Of a DNA stretch of 64,000 nt, positions 30,479 through 42,275 are shown piece by piece. The first letter of the stretch is position 1. Every line of letters begins with the position of its first letter. The translations under genes and the position numbers were made by a program. Below the pieces are notes generated by a model. The model did no database searches. It was given only the letters and a program-made list of their open reading frames with translations, and had not been told where the DNA came from. Source of the DNA: Acanthaster planci (lineage: Eukaryota). Where the stretch lies: the NCBI RefSeq assembly GCF_001949145.1, contig NW_019091355.1, positions 243,720 through 307,719 on the forward strand, read 5' to 3'.

Positions 30479-31165
30479 GATGCCAAACTACTATCCAATG
30501 AAACAACAACCACACACACTAGAGGGCGTCGTCTTCGACACGTAAATCCAAAAGCATATTACTCAGGCTGCTCTAAATAGTAGCACTCATGCCATGGAAA
30601 TAAACATGTTTTGACATTCCAGCTATCGTGTGAATTGGTACAGATCTTCATTTTTGATTTGCTTTTTTTCTGTTTGCTTATTCTAAACGTTTCGAGGATT
30701 GACGAATCGTGTACTTGTGCATGGTTGAGTGATATTGTGACGGCGTTATTGTGACGTAACAATAAAAGTTAAACACTGACCTGCCGTTTTCAAAACGGAA
30801 CGCAAATCTTAGTTGTCAGATCACTTGGAAGTTTTGTTGTAAAACCTTGTAATTTAAAGCAGCATTCCCACAAGCAACGTAGCCTTAAATCTCAGGAGTC
30901 ACACTTCCGGGGCCGTCCAGTAACTTGTCGACCATGATTGTTGAGATTTGTTATAATTGTACGCAGGTCTATGATGCAGCAACGCGCATTATGGGTGTAC
31001 CCTACAGTAAACAACAAAATGCTGGGAAAACGTGAGACTGGTGCTTGGTAATAATTTTTTTTTAATTTAGTGGTGTCCGATAGGCATGAAGTCGTACATG
31101 GTCACTGTAAGAAGCAAATAAATCGTATTCTGAGGTATAGTCAGCAGGGATTAGAAGGTTATTAA

Positions 31166-31613
31166 GGAGCCGTCCATAAAGTGCGCACGCAGGGGGGGGG
31201 CTTGGTGCCGGTGCGTGTACTCCATGCGTACAGCTGGGAGTTGGGTTCAAGCACACGTCTTCAATGAATCTTCATCACATCAATACACTTTTTATACAAA
31301 TAAATATCAGAATCAGTTTTCTGCATCGAAAAAACATTGAAACACTGTACCCTCCATAGTCCACCCCATCATTTATCCACCCGTGCCAACGCCCATTAGG
31401 GGCCTATTAGTAAATAGCAACATTACTCATGAAACGTACAGGCGCCCTCACGCCGTGCGGTCGTACAACCCTGTAATATTCTCAGAGTTGATTAACAATC
31501 GACGACTTATTTTTGGGCTATTACTCTGATGTGTATATGCTTACGGGGGGGGGGGGGTTGGAGCCACTGCGTACGCTATGCATTTCGTGCGTACGTACTT
31601 TATGGACGGCTTC
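31166..31613. mobile_element. MITE, PIF/Harbinger-like (~448 bp)
   Basis: TIRs GGAGCCGTCCATAAAGTGCGCACGCA and (rc) GAAGCCGTCCATAAAGTACGTACGCA; internal G-runs; TAA target duplication on both sides (31163-31165, 31614-31616). Confidence 0.8.
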
Positions 31614-32694
31614 TAAACGGGCTGACTGAAACAGTGGCAGGTGTGCCAGTCTGATACCAGAGAAGTATCGCTCTAAATAAGAATTATTGATCTAAATTAC
31701 AAGTATGAGGTTTCAAAATGTGTCACTGCACTGGCGATCATTGTTTTCATTGACTGGGGTGTCATTTTCATGAATTAAAAATGAAATGTCGTCAAGAGGC
31801 ACTGTCTCACCGATCTCCGTGGACTAGAATCAAGAGTTTCAAGTTGGACACGCCTCCCTGTTGTTTTGTTGTTTACGGGAATGACTTTATCTTTTGGGAA
31901 AGAATTCCGTGCTTTTTGCATTGACAGACTGTCCTAAGTTTACATAGAAAAGGTAAACTAACCAGAATACAGGGCTTATATTGTGATTGTCTTAATTGTA
32001 AATGGCTGCGTAAAACCGATAAGCTGTTAATTAACGTAGTTTTGATTTTAATTAACAATATCTTGCACATTTTGTTTATTAAAATTTAGATATTTAAGGT
32101 TAAATGCTGTGATCATCATGCATAGGACTCAGTCACGTGACTATCACACAAAGGAGCGTGCTGGGAGTCACAAACTTTTTTTGTGCATGCGCTGAGTGTC
32201 TCTTACAACTTGCCGTATGTGAGAATTGACATAGCACGACGCATCTAGTTAGAAGTCAAACGATAAGCTTTTCTAAGATCTGGCTCTCCAAGTCCCTACG
32301 TGTGATAGTCGACATTAAAACCCTACAAGACACTGAGATGTGAAACTGTATTTACTCCAAAAGATCTTAGGGATAAGACGAATCATTTCTGATTGAAACA
32401 AAAAATTCACTTTGTCCCCCCTTTTATTGATGTATTCATTTCCACGCCACTCCAAACTGAACCGTACGTGTAATCATAATATGAAACTATCCAGAATCAA
32501 TACGTGTAAAGCAAGAAAATTAAATTAAAGACTGCTGATTATTTTGGGGACCACATGTCACTTGTAGATAGTTTGACGGGCAGAGTTTGACAGGACCTCG
32601 AAACGGATATTCATCAGTTGCGGTCAGTGGTTGGTCAGCGTCACGTTAAGTTTCTGATTTCAGGGACAGATGGTCCATCCTCAGGTGGACGCTC

Positions 32695-32813
32695 TATAAA
32701 ATGGGCTCCGTTGTCTCTCACTGGGAGAAGCTGGTGGCAGCCTTAACGGGATTTGTTCGCGCATAAAAATTTATTTCAGCACGAGTACTCATTGCTCTCC
32801 TAAGACACGTCAG
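32695..32813 (+). promoter_or_regulatory. TATA box and probable non-coding first exon of the secreted NtA/TIMP-like gene
   Basis: TATAAAA at 32695-32701; CAG|GTAAGG donor at 32813/32814; matching acceptor TTTTCCTTTCAG| ending 33525, 28 nt before the ATG at 33554. Confidence 0.6.
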
Positions 32814-33219
32814 GTAAGGATTTGTATCTGGTGGTGGTAATGATTTTATTGATTTCATAAAAAATGGCAGTATTACCAAATAATGGTATGAACAGTAGAG
32901 TGAATTTATAGAAAGAATTCTACCAAATGTTTCAAGAAATAATGGTTAACATTTTCCTTCTGTGAATGTCAGTACATGGCTGTATAGCATTGATGCTTGC
33001 TTAGTTGCTTCTAAGTGAGTTTCCCATGTTGGGTCAGGCATGCATGTGACCGGCATGTCTTTTAATTTCCCACTGCAAAATAGAATTTTTGTCCAGGTAC
33101 GTCAAAATAACTTCAACTGGGCGATAAAGACATTTTTTAAGTGAATGATCGATTTGTGATTATTCTGCAACAGTATTCAATAGTTTAAACATTTAACTAT
33201 CTGGTTTTTCATTCATAAT

Positions 33220-33407
33220 CTTGGACGTCGGGGAGGAGAGAAAAAAGGACAAACAATGGAAAAAAATGAAAACAAATGAAGCCGTAAATAGAGGCAACAA
33301 AGGATGCAAATCACAAATCTGTTAAAAACTAACGGAAAACAGAAAATCCCCCTTCCAAAAAATGGTTCCCCCCCCCGGCCCCGGGCAAAATCCCGGCGAC
33401 GCCCATT
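33220..33407. mobile_element. Possible degenerate MITE (hAT-like)
   Basis: TGGACGTCG ... CGACGCCCA ends, internal C-run (CCCCCCCCCGGCCCCGGG), partly matching 8-bp flanks TTCATAAT / TTTGTAAT. Confidence 0.35.
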
Positions 33408-33553
33408 TTTGTAATCTATGCAATGGTTACATGCAATGTATCTGTCGTCAAAATGATTGAGCTCTTAAATTCTATGTCCCGTTGCGTAATGCACTCCCTG
33501 CTACTGAGTTTAATTTTCCTTTCAGAAAAAAAGGGCCGATTAAGACATCAGAC

Positions 33554-34021
33554 ATGCAGATGGTAGATGTAATGGCGATTTTCCTGCTGTTCTTTGCGGC
33601 AGCCCCGGGCCAGGCCTGTAGTCCTCCTAGATTTTGGAGACCCGAGAGCTTTAAAGACAGGTTGGGGCAAGCGTCGATTGTATTCCGCGGGAAGGTGACC
33701 AGTCTACCCGACCAGGGAGCCTCGCCGATCATGTACTCACCTCTGTACGACGCTACCTTCGAAGTTGACTGCTACTACAAAGGGATCATCGATTGGGGAC
33801 CCAAGTCCGAAACTGTGGGGGGGTTCGGATGGGATGGTGGATTGTGTACGGGCAGCGATGTTGAAGTCGGCAAAAGCTACTTCATCTTCGCTGATCTCTA
33901 TCCTTGGTCAGATGGTCTGACCGTAAGTCATATCAACATGCAGAGTGGAGCCACGGAGGAAACGGCCGGGCTCATCGCAGAGGTGGAGCAAGATTACGGC
34001 TGTTCCCAACCTCAACGATGA
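33554..34021 (+). CDS. Small secreted protein, stand-alone NtA (agrin N-terminal)/TIMP-like NTR-type domain, 155 aa, single coding exon
   Basis: Signal-peptide-like MAIFLLFFAAAPGQA followed by C-SPP. Pattern ASIVFRGKV...YDATFEVDCYYKG...VGGFG....CTGSDVEVGKSYFIF parallels the agrin NtA / TIMP-NTR layout (A-x-VVxxGxV, V-x-x-Y-x-KG, GFG-x(3-5)-C, G-x-x-x-IFF). Four cysteines in the mature part; GC-rich coding-like composition; AATAAA at 34507. Confidence 0.85.
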   Translation: MQMVDVMAIFLLFFAAAPGQACSPPRFWRPESFKDRLGQASIVFRGKVTSLPDQGASPIMYSPLYDATFEVDCYYKGIIDWGPKSETVGGFGWDGGLCTGSDVEVGKSYFIFADLYPWSDGLTVSHINMQSGATEETAGLIAEVEQDYGCSQPQR

Positions 34022-37000
34022 AGCCCTCATCAGTTTGCTTCACAACTTGCACGAAAACGGTGTTTTTGTGTCGAGAGTACTTTTGCTCTTTATTCGATTT
34101 TAAATTATGCATGACTTGAGACTTTGTTTAATACATATTAACTTAAATTTTTAGCTTTTTCTTGTTTTTGTGGTTGAAGTATGCAGCCATAATTATCCCG
34201 AACGGTTTCAATATATAACACAAGCTGAAGGACCCTTTGTCTCAATTTATCCAAGACTTTAATGAGAAAATACAATTTTGTCTTAAGTATAATCAAACTC
34301 CAGTTTCAACATGAATTCCATAATTTATTCTGTCACTGTTACATACATTTTAATCTAACGTATAAATTCATTGTTGGTAACACATTCCTTGGCGAATTAT
34401 TTACGATTGGTCCTACACAATTAAAAAATTTAGTAGAGGCCCCCGTAATTAATTTATTTTCCCCTTATTTCTGTTTTTCCTTACTATTGGTGTTGGTGAA
34501 GCATTCAATAAAACTCAAACGAGAGTAAGTGCATCTACCAATGTCCTTACATTTTGAGTCCTTCCGGACAGCAGCAATTGAAAAAATGAGGCGAATAATG
34601 CAATACGTATCCGGTAACACTTGAAACAGACGGATGATAAAAGTCAGAATCAGAAGTAGAAGCCATTACTGCGGTGGTGCAACACTCGTGGACAGATGGT
34701 ACGTGCGCGTTACATGCCTCTTCCACCAACAGGTTGTCGTGATTTGCCTAATACACGCGCGCGTCAAGTTGAAGAATTTTTAGGCAGGAATTGTATATTA
34801 TTCCATGTCTAAAAAATGACAAGAATGGAATCTCCTGCCCCAACAATTTATCTTGATATTCTGAAGCATACTATATTAAAGACAATTTCTATTTACCGCT
34901 TGGAAGTTCGGAGGTTTCAGAATTACCTTTAGATAAAAAACTGTCCGCGACTGACGGCTTGAAGTTATAATCATGAAGTTGCAGATGTGAAACCAACCAA
35001 AAGCCTCTCAAATACAAGTAAAAATGTAAATTTTCAAAATTCCCCTAATAACTGAGGGAACTGTTTTATTATTCTGAGATAAATTATCTCATGGACAATT
35101 ACTTCCCAAACAATACTTAAAATGCAGATTACCAAATGTACATCCATTCTTCAACATTCTCTCACTTTACAAAAGGTATCTTGATGGATACAAATTCCTA
35201 AACCAGGAAAAAGCTAGAAAACACTGAACTGAACAAAAGAAGCACTCACACACTATAAACTAATTCATTAAACGGCAACACAGATTTGGATTAACCAACT
35301 GAATTTATTGACCTTGTGGCTGCCTTGGCCTTCTAATGGCGCAGTTGCTCACAGTCCAAGCCCTACACAAGCAGACAACTGGACATGAGATATACTGCCC
35401 TCAGGTGGTTGTGACAAACTTTGTTAACTGTTGACCTGCATGCCTTGAGAAATAAGTGATGAAATGTTAATTGCTCTGAAACTAATTAAAAAGCCTTGCG
35501 GTTCAAATTTCACTGTGATATAATTCTGTCACTCCACAAGTCCACTTACATGGTTCAGAATTTCTAAGGAGACACTGCAGACAGCGAGTCTGCCTGATTC
35601 AGAGAGATGATTTCTCTGCATGAATTTCTGGTAACCAGAAAGCATAACTTTAATCACAGTACCCGTTTGTATTTAGTTTTAGCAAAGACACACACAAAAT
35701 GATTTCACTCTTATTTCAGATTACAAAAATAACTAGAAATCTATGAAGTCTGTCAAATTTTTTTACAACACACGAATGTAGAAGTATGTAGAGTAAAAAG
35801 AAGCCCTCAAAGGTGACAGTAACTATTAAATGACATACATATGATACTAATGAGGGTTTTTAAGATAATATCAACCTACTTCTAGATAGTGGCTGTTCTG
35901 AGCATTGGCTGAGATAATGTGTCATTACGGAATTGGATACATGCATGTTGACGGTAGTAAGGTACTCTTTTCCATTTGCTTCTGAACAAGACATTATTAA
36001 CAAATCTCAGTGACTGATAAGTCCAAAGCCAAAATGCTACGAGAAAGTAGACATCATTCTTCAATCAAAACTTTAAAATGTACTTTTTAAATAAAATTTA
36101 ATTTTTTCCTTTTACACTCTTGCCCGACGGCATTACCATCAAGTATTTGCAAGTGTGAGAATTCAAGCAGCCAGTGAGATCAGGCTGACTTGCTTCTTAC
36201 TGCCAAGAAATCCACAATTGGACTTCTTGAGATACTTCCCAGGTTATTAAAAAGGAAACAAATACAAATAAACGAAAAATAAACCTCAAGTAACAACCAC
36301 ACCAAAGAAACAAATAAAACAAGTAAGTTTTCTGACTGGAATGTGAAATGATGGACAGGAATAAGAAGCACTGGTTTTAACATAAAATTTCACTACAAAT
36401 GCAGGAAGTTATAATAAAAACTTGTCTTTCTGTCTACACTTTGTTCCTACATTTTGTATATCAACATTTACAAAACAAGAGAATATATCCACGTTCTCCC
36501 AGGTTAAATGTCCAATAATCGAGGACCAACAATACAGGGAAATATTCCAGTGGTTCTATGGGATAAATGTACATTTATATACATTATTTCAATTTACAAC
36601 ATTGTATGAACAGTAAATAGTTTGATCCCAAGATACAACGGGACAATTCTGAACATTGCTATACAGACTACACAGAATACATGGGGTCCAAATCCAGCCA
36701 ATATGAAGATGTAGCAGGTTTGTAAAGCAAATTAGTGGGTGGTTCACATCCCCCTTATGGCATTGTCAGCATGTTGCAAGATGGTTCATCTGCAAAGCAA
36801 CTAGCAAGGTGTTTGTGCGTCTAATCAAAATAATACAGTGCTGGCTTGTCAGCAAGTTATCCATTCTATGGTTCAAATCCTCCAATGGCTGTTTCAAGTC
36901 AACCGGTCCGAGCACTTAACACAAACTGTCATAATCCGTGGTTTGAATCCAACCACAGCTATGGAAAAGGTCGACTTTATGAAATCTCAACCACTACCTG

Positions 37001-37130
37001 CCATATGCTGTCAGAGTCCACGCTTCAAGCACCACCGTATGCCTGTGCTAGCCCATACAATGTCATTCAGTCATTCCTCCACTTGAAGGGTCTGATGTTC
37101 AACTCCCACCACAGCAGTATTATGCCATTG

Positions 37131-40100
37131 CTATAACACTTTAAAGTAACCAGCTTGAGTGTTCCCATACTGATTAACTGGTGCATCCATATGTGTTGAT
37201 GAGCCTGGAATGCCGATGCTGATACCAGTTATGCCGGTCATTATCCCTGGGTTACCTGACAAGAAAAAATTTAAAGAATATAGCGTTTGGATTAAATGCA
37301 AGATAAGACGGCATTTTTCCCGTGATGAATTGATATATTGCCACAGGCTTGGTGCTGATAAACAAGCTGAAAAATAATTTTCAAGTCTTTGTTTCCAGTC
37401 AATGATTTCTTTCATGTTGTTTTTCTGTCCCAACAATTTGCAATAGCATGCTGCCTTATCAAAGGCAGTGTTCAAGAGGCTTAGAAGTCAGTGCTGGTAA
37501 GCTGTAAGTTGTGGGTTCAGCTCATCTGCATTTCAAAATTAGCATCACTGAATTATATCAGATTATCTCAGGCAGTGATGACAGATGTTGTTTTTCAAAT
37601 CGAAACTCACCAACGGCTGGAGGAGCTGCAGCTGTCGATTTGAAGAGACTGAAGGATTGCGGAGTTGAAGATCGTCGATTGAGAACACCAAATGGTGTAT
37701 CAGACTGAAGAGAGAAATGGAAGATACAATTTCAAGTATACTTTGAGAGAATGCCTCAGAGAACTGCTCAGCATTATTAAATGATGTGCTTGAAAATTTG
37801 AAGATCAAGGAGACAATGTATTGTGTAATATATTTATCTGCAATGTTTGTCTGCTCGCATGTATCTGGCCTAACTTGAAGGTATAAGAGCTTACAACTGA
37901 TTGTAATTGAGATGAAGACTTGATATACAAAGTTTGAATGTTTTAAAGAGTTTGCATGAATTCAGAAGGCAAACGGAATCAAACTGTTCTCAAAATAAAA
38001 CCAAAGAAAGGAATAATTTTTATCAGTACTTACCCTGAATGTGTGTGTTGTATTGGGTCTTGATTCTGATATAAATGTTGCTGACCGATCTTTTAACCTC
38101 AGTCCCCTGTCGTCAGCTGCTGCACTTGATATCCGAAACTTAGCAGATGATCTCTGTGTTGACAAAGGATGACAAACAACAGATGAACAATCTAACATTT
38201 GATTTTTAACCTTTCCAAAACCAACACAATCGCGAGTTGATATTCTTGGTTGCCTTCAGTCCCATTCGCGAGTTGAATACTTCTGTCTGTTTATTTCTAT
38301 CTTTTATTTATTTGGCGCCTTTCAAACTGGGGCCAATTTCATAGAGCTGCTTAAGCACAAAATTTGCTTAAGCAGGAAAAAACTTTGCTTAATAAACAAA
38401 CATTACCAGCTCAAACTCCCTCTGATTGTCATGCTAAACCCCCCCCCCAAAAAAAAGCTAAATACAATTCCAAAACAATACACATCACATGGATTTTTGG
38501 CTGGTTACCTGATTTATCAAGTAAGGTTTTCTCATGCTTTAGCAAATTTTGTGCTTAAGCAGGTCTATGAAATTGGCCCCACTGTTTATACATACTCTTC
38601 AGCTTGCAATATTGTCATACTCTCAGTGAGGCAGCAAGACTAAATGTGTGCTTGATTTAAATTGAAGCCAACTGATGCTGATACAATTTGAATTACATTG
38701 AGTACTTACACTGCTGGAGTTATTGGACGGTTTATTCTCATTGCCATGACCATCTTGCTTGGTCTGCATCTCTTGAACTGTCTCTATGGGAGGCAGGGCC
38801 GTGTTACGACTCCAGTGGTAGGGTGGGGAGGTGGCTACCCCAGGGTGGGGAGGGGAGCCCAGTCTATCACTAGCTGTGGTTCTATGGGTGTCAAATGGAG
38901 ATTCATGGATGTTGATCTCGTATAGTTGACTCTTTCCAAAAGTGATAACATTTTGAATGATATACATGTACATAGGAATTGCAAATTTGCTTTTAAGTAG
39001 CATTTAACTTGTTTGGATATGTTTTCTTGTGAAGTAAATATACATATGAAATAAAAAGATGACGAGAGAATATAAAAAACCAACCAATAAAACCATTTTC
39101 TACCTGAATGTCTTTGTAACTTACAATCTCTTTCCAGTGATAATCCCCTCCATATTGGGTGTCTTAGCACGGTCAATCGGTCGTAATCTACCCCTACCAC
39201 GGGCTGACGTTAACCGATAGTTGTAGTTGTCTGTGGTCTTGACACTAGTTGGTCGGTTTGACCGGTTGGCACTTGAACCTGGTCGGTTTACATGGATACC
39301 TATCTGCAGGGGTAACGTTTGCAGTTCCTCCCTAAAATAACAGATAGATTTGTTTGCATTCACCATTGATTGATTAACTAAATCAACAATTTGACGTACT
39401 AAACTTCCGATGTTAGTCAAAATATGTTCCTGTTAGTTGATCAAAGGTTATTTTACAACGACCTTAGAATCAGCTGGTGGATCAACGCCTTCCTGTTAGC
39501 TGAGTAATGATATCTTAATTGATCAACAACTTTCCACCACTCCTCCTCTGCGAGTCAGGTGATCTTATTACTCCCCTAAGGAATGACAATAAAGGTCCAA
39601 TCCAACACCATACCTTAACCTGTCTGGATCAACTGAATTGAATCAGTTCAACCTACCCAAGCACAGAGGGAGCCCTGGTGTCTTTATCATTGGGTCTGTT
39701 GTGCAGTGCCTTGGATGATATAGTCATTACACCTGTCAAGTTCTGACGATCCACTAATGAGCTGTTAAGTGATGGCGCTGTGTTCAGTCGCTGAAAGAAA
39801 AATATCAATTAAAATATTAATAATGCCCAAATGGGTGTAGCACAGCACACTACACTCATTATATCATCGGTGGCACTAATTCTATATAAGTTCACACACT
39901 TACAAACAATAACTGTCGGTGTGTCAAAATCTGGAAAAATCTCAAGTATGATCGACATGTAAATTATCCACTCACCCCAGAGCCCATGGGGGCTAGTTTA
40001 TTTGACGGACCATCCAGTAATCCCCTACCCAAGTGAGAACCAAATGGATAGGGGCTGTAACTGAGATCAAAGGATGGCTGGACAGGATGAAGAACAGATA

Positions 40101-42275
40101 CTGAGGAAGTAACATCTTCTGGGTTGGAAAACTTCTTAACTGCAAAGGCAAAGAAATGAAAAGATACCACAGGTTAGAATATTTTAGGTACTGAAGACAG
40201 ATTTGTCTCTCTTGTCTTCAAAAGCCCTTATTATGGTACTCCTGGTAACAGAAGTGCATTTGACATTTCAGGTTTAAACCTCCATGAACCGTACTCCATG
40301 AACCACAACAAAGCAGATGTCAAGGCTGAGTTTACGGGGATGTTACATGGTCAGTTAAAATCTCAGCAGCAGCATCATATGGTTAGATCCAGTTTAAAAA
40401 TAAATGCTATCTTACTTTCTGACTGTAACTCCCAATGTCTGGTGAGCAGTAACCTCATCCATCCAACCACCTCAGTCCACATTACATCAAAACACTGGCT
40501 GTAGATGGAGTTCTGTACACAAGCATTTGGGGTCAGCGGTGGGAAGCCTGTTCTCCGAGGGGCATGGTAACGCTTCTGTTCATGACTGTCTTCCTCCCTG
40601 AAGAAACAGATCATCCGGAAACAAATATTCAGATAAAACTCTGCTTTTTGAATTTGAGAACTATTTCTGTCTCAAAAGGTAAAGTAGCTTACCAGGGTTT
40701 CAAGCGATCATAGGCAAAGTATTCCTCGATGACGCCATCAGATTCCAAAATCTCCTCCTCCATGTCTGCAAGCTGCTGTCTCACTGTTTCATCTCGACTT
40801 GATCCCATGGTAGCCACAGGGTCAAGAGGTCGTAGGCATGTACCCACAATACATAACCTGTGGGGGAAGGGGCAGACAATAAGAATAAATGGAAACGCTT
40901 TTCACACTTTGCTAGACACAGACTTGGCAGTTTGTTTCAAATACTTCTTCTTTTAGTCATTTTAAGAATTGATTGTAAACACTGATGCTGAAATTATTTA
41001 AGGAGCCTCACCCTTGTGGGTCTTGACTAGAATCTGATGGATATTCATTTTCTCCTATATCAACAAGTTCCTCTGCCGTTGTTGGTCGCTGAGCCGTACG
41101 GGAGACGAACTGATAGCCCAGATCACATGGTGTGATCAGCTGCTGACCAAGAATTCTGGAAAAAGCAAAGCAGTAACATGAACGTATTAGATATTAACTT
41201 TTTAACATGGCAGTACAGAAACAAAAAACAAGCACCTGTGCAACACTACTGATGTACAGAGTACACATCAGAAATTCTCTGTGGACTTTTCTGTGATATT
41301 GATATGCCATTAGCTCCCTAACAATCAATATTTAGAGCAAGGAATGGCTGTGTGATATGGACATGAATGTCCTTAAGCCAAATACCCTTTTGCAATTGCT
41401 TCCAACAAAACATGCTTCCATTACAAAAACCAACATATTTCCATGTATTTCTTTTGGATCTATCCTGAGGTATCATCACAGTCCTTTAGCTTTAGTCTCC
41501 AACAGAGTGTCATCTCAGTCTCAGTAAGTGGTAGAAAATCTTCTCAGTCCAAGAGTAGAACCAAAACAATCAAGTATTAAGGAATTGAACCACAGTGCAA
41601 CCAGAGGGCTATGAAATATTTGTTGCTCCTAAATGACTGCTACAGAGATACAGGAAGGGGACTATCCATCTGTGACCAGTGACCCCTTACCTCAAGTGTG
41701 GAAATCTGGAGTTCCACTCTTTACATTCATTTTCTAGTTGTACTGAGGTAGTAGCGTTTTTCTGTCCTTCAAACAGCATGTCATCAATCTCTTGAAACAT
41801 CCTTTGCACCGTCTTACTAGCTTGCTTGTCAAACTCCTGGAAGCAATATAATGCAACACTTGTTTATAAAGATTGTCTAATGGATGAAATTCAAACTTTC
41901 ACATGAGAAAGAAGTGTAAAAAAAAGATTTTGAAAAACTTACAAAGAAAAATTTTGAGCACAAAACCTGATGCTGATAACATGATTATAAGATGCATATT
42001 TATCTCAATCTGGTTTGAAACATTCCAAACTTACATCATCTGCCCAAGAGAAGAGACTACTCCTCTCCGTTGAGTTTCCAGATGTCAATCCACCACTGTT
42101 AGACATCAGTAAGAAGCTAGGCCTCTCATCATCTGATGGTGAAGACATCCCACTTCCGCAAGGTGTAACATAGCTATTAATAGCTTCATTGACACTGTTG
42201 AGGTAGTGCATAGGAATGAGGTCATCTGGCCGCTCTAGGGAGGGATAGTTGTCTGACCTCGAGGAGATGCCTCGT
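37131..42275 (-). CDS. FAM149B1: FAM149 family protein (DUF3719), core 12 coding exons; N-terminus supplied by an upstream exon
   Basis: Minus exons 42275-42035, 41836-41691, 41155-41012, 40857-40693, 40597-40416, 40139-39976, 39790-39657, 39331-39125, 38881-38710, 38153-38034, 37704-37611, 37255-37131; phases compatible. Motifs STERSSLFSWADDEFDKQASKTVQRMFQEIDDMLFE...ECKEWNSRFPHLRILGQQL (DUF3719), EEEILESDGVIEEYFAYD, GFPPLTP, GVMTISSKAL, SRPNTTHTF. Likely pro-orthologue of FAM149A/FAM149B1; the 3' end may extend further. Confidence 0.92.
38329..38580. mobile_element. Non-autonomous DNA transposon (MITE, ~252 bp) in a FAM149 intron
   Basis: Near-perfect ~40 bp TIRs GGGGCCAATTTCATAGAGCTGCTTAAGCACAAAATTTGCT and (rc) GGGGCCAATTTCATAGACCTGCTTAAGCACAAAATTTGCT; ACT on both flanks. 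Confidence 0.88.

Noticed and set aside
36180..36800. Possible additional terminal exons of FAM149
   Set aside because: Acceptor-like sites exist, but the required upstream donor is weak and no conserved motif is recognisable; left unannotated.
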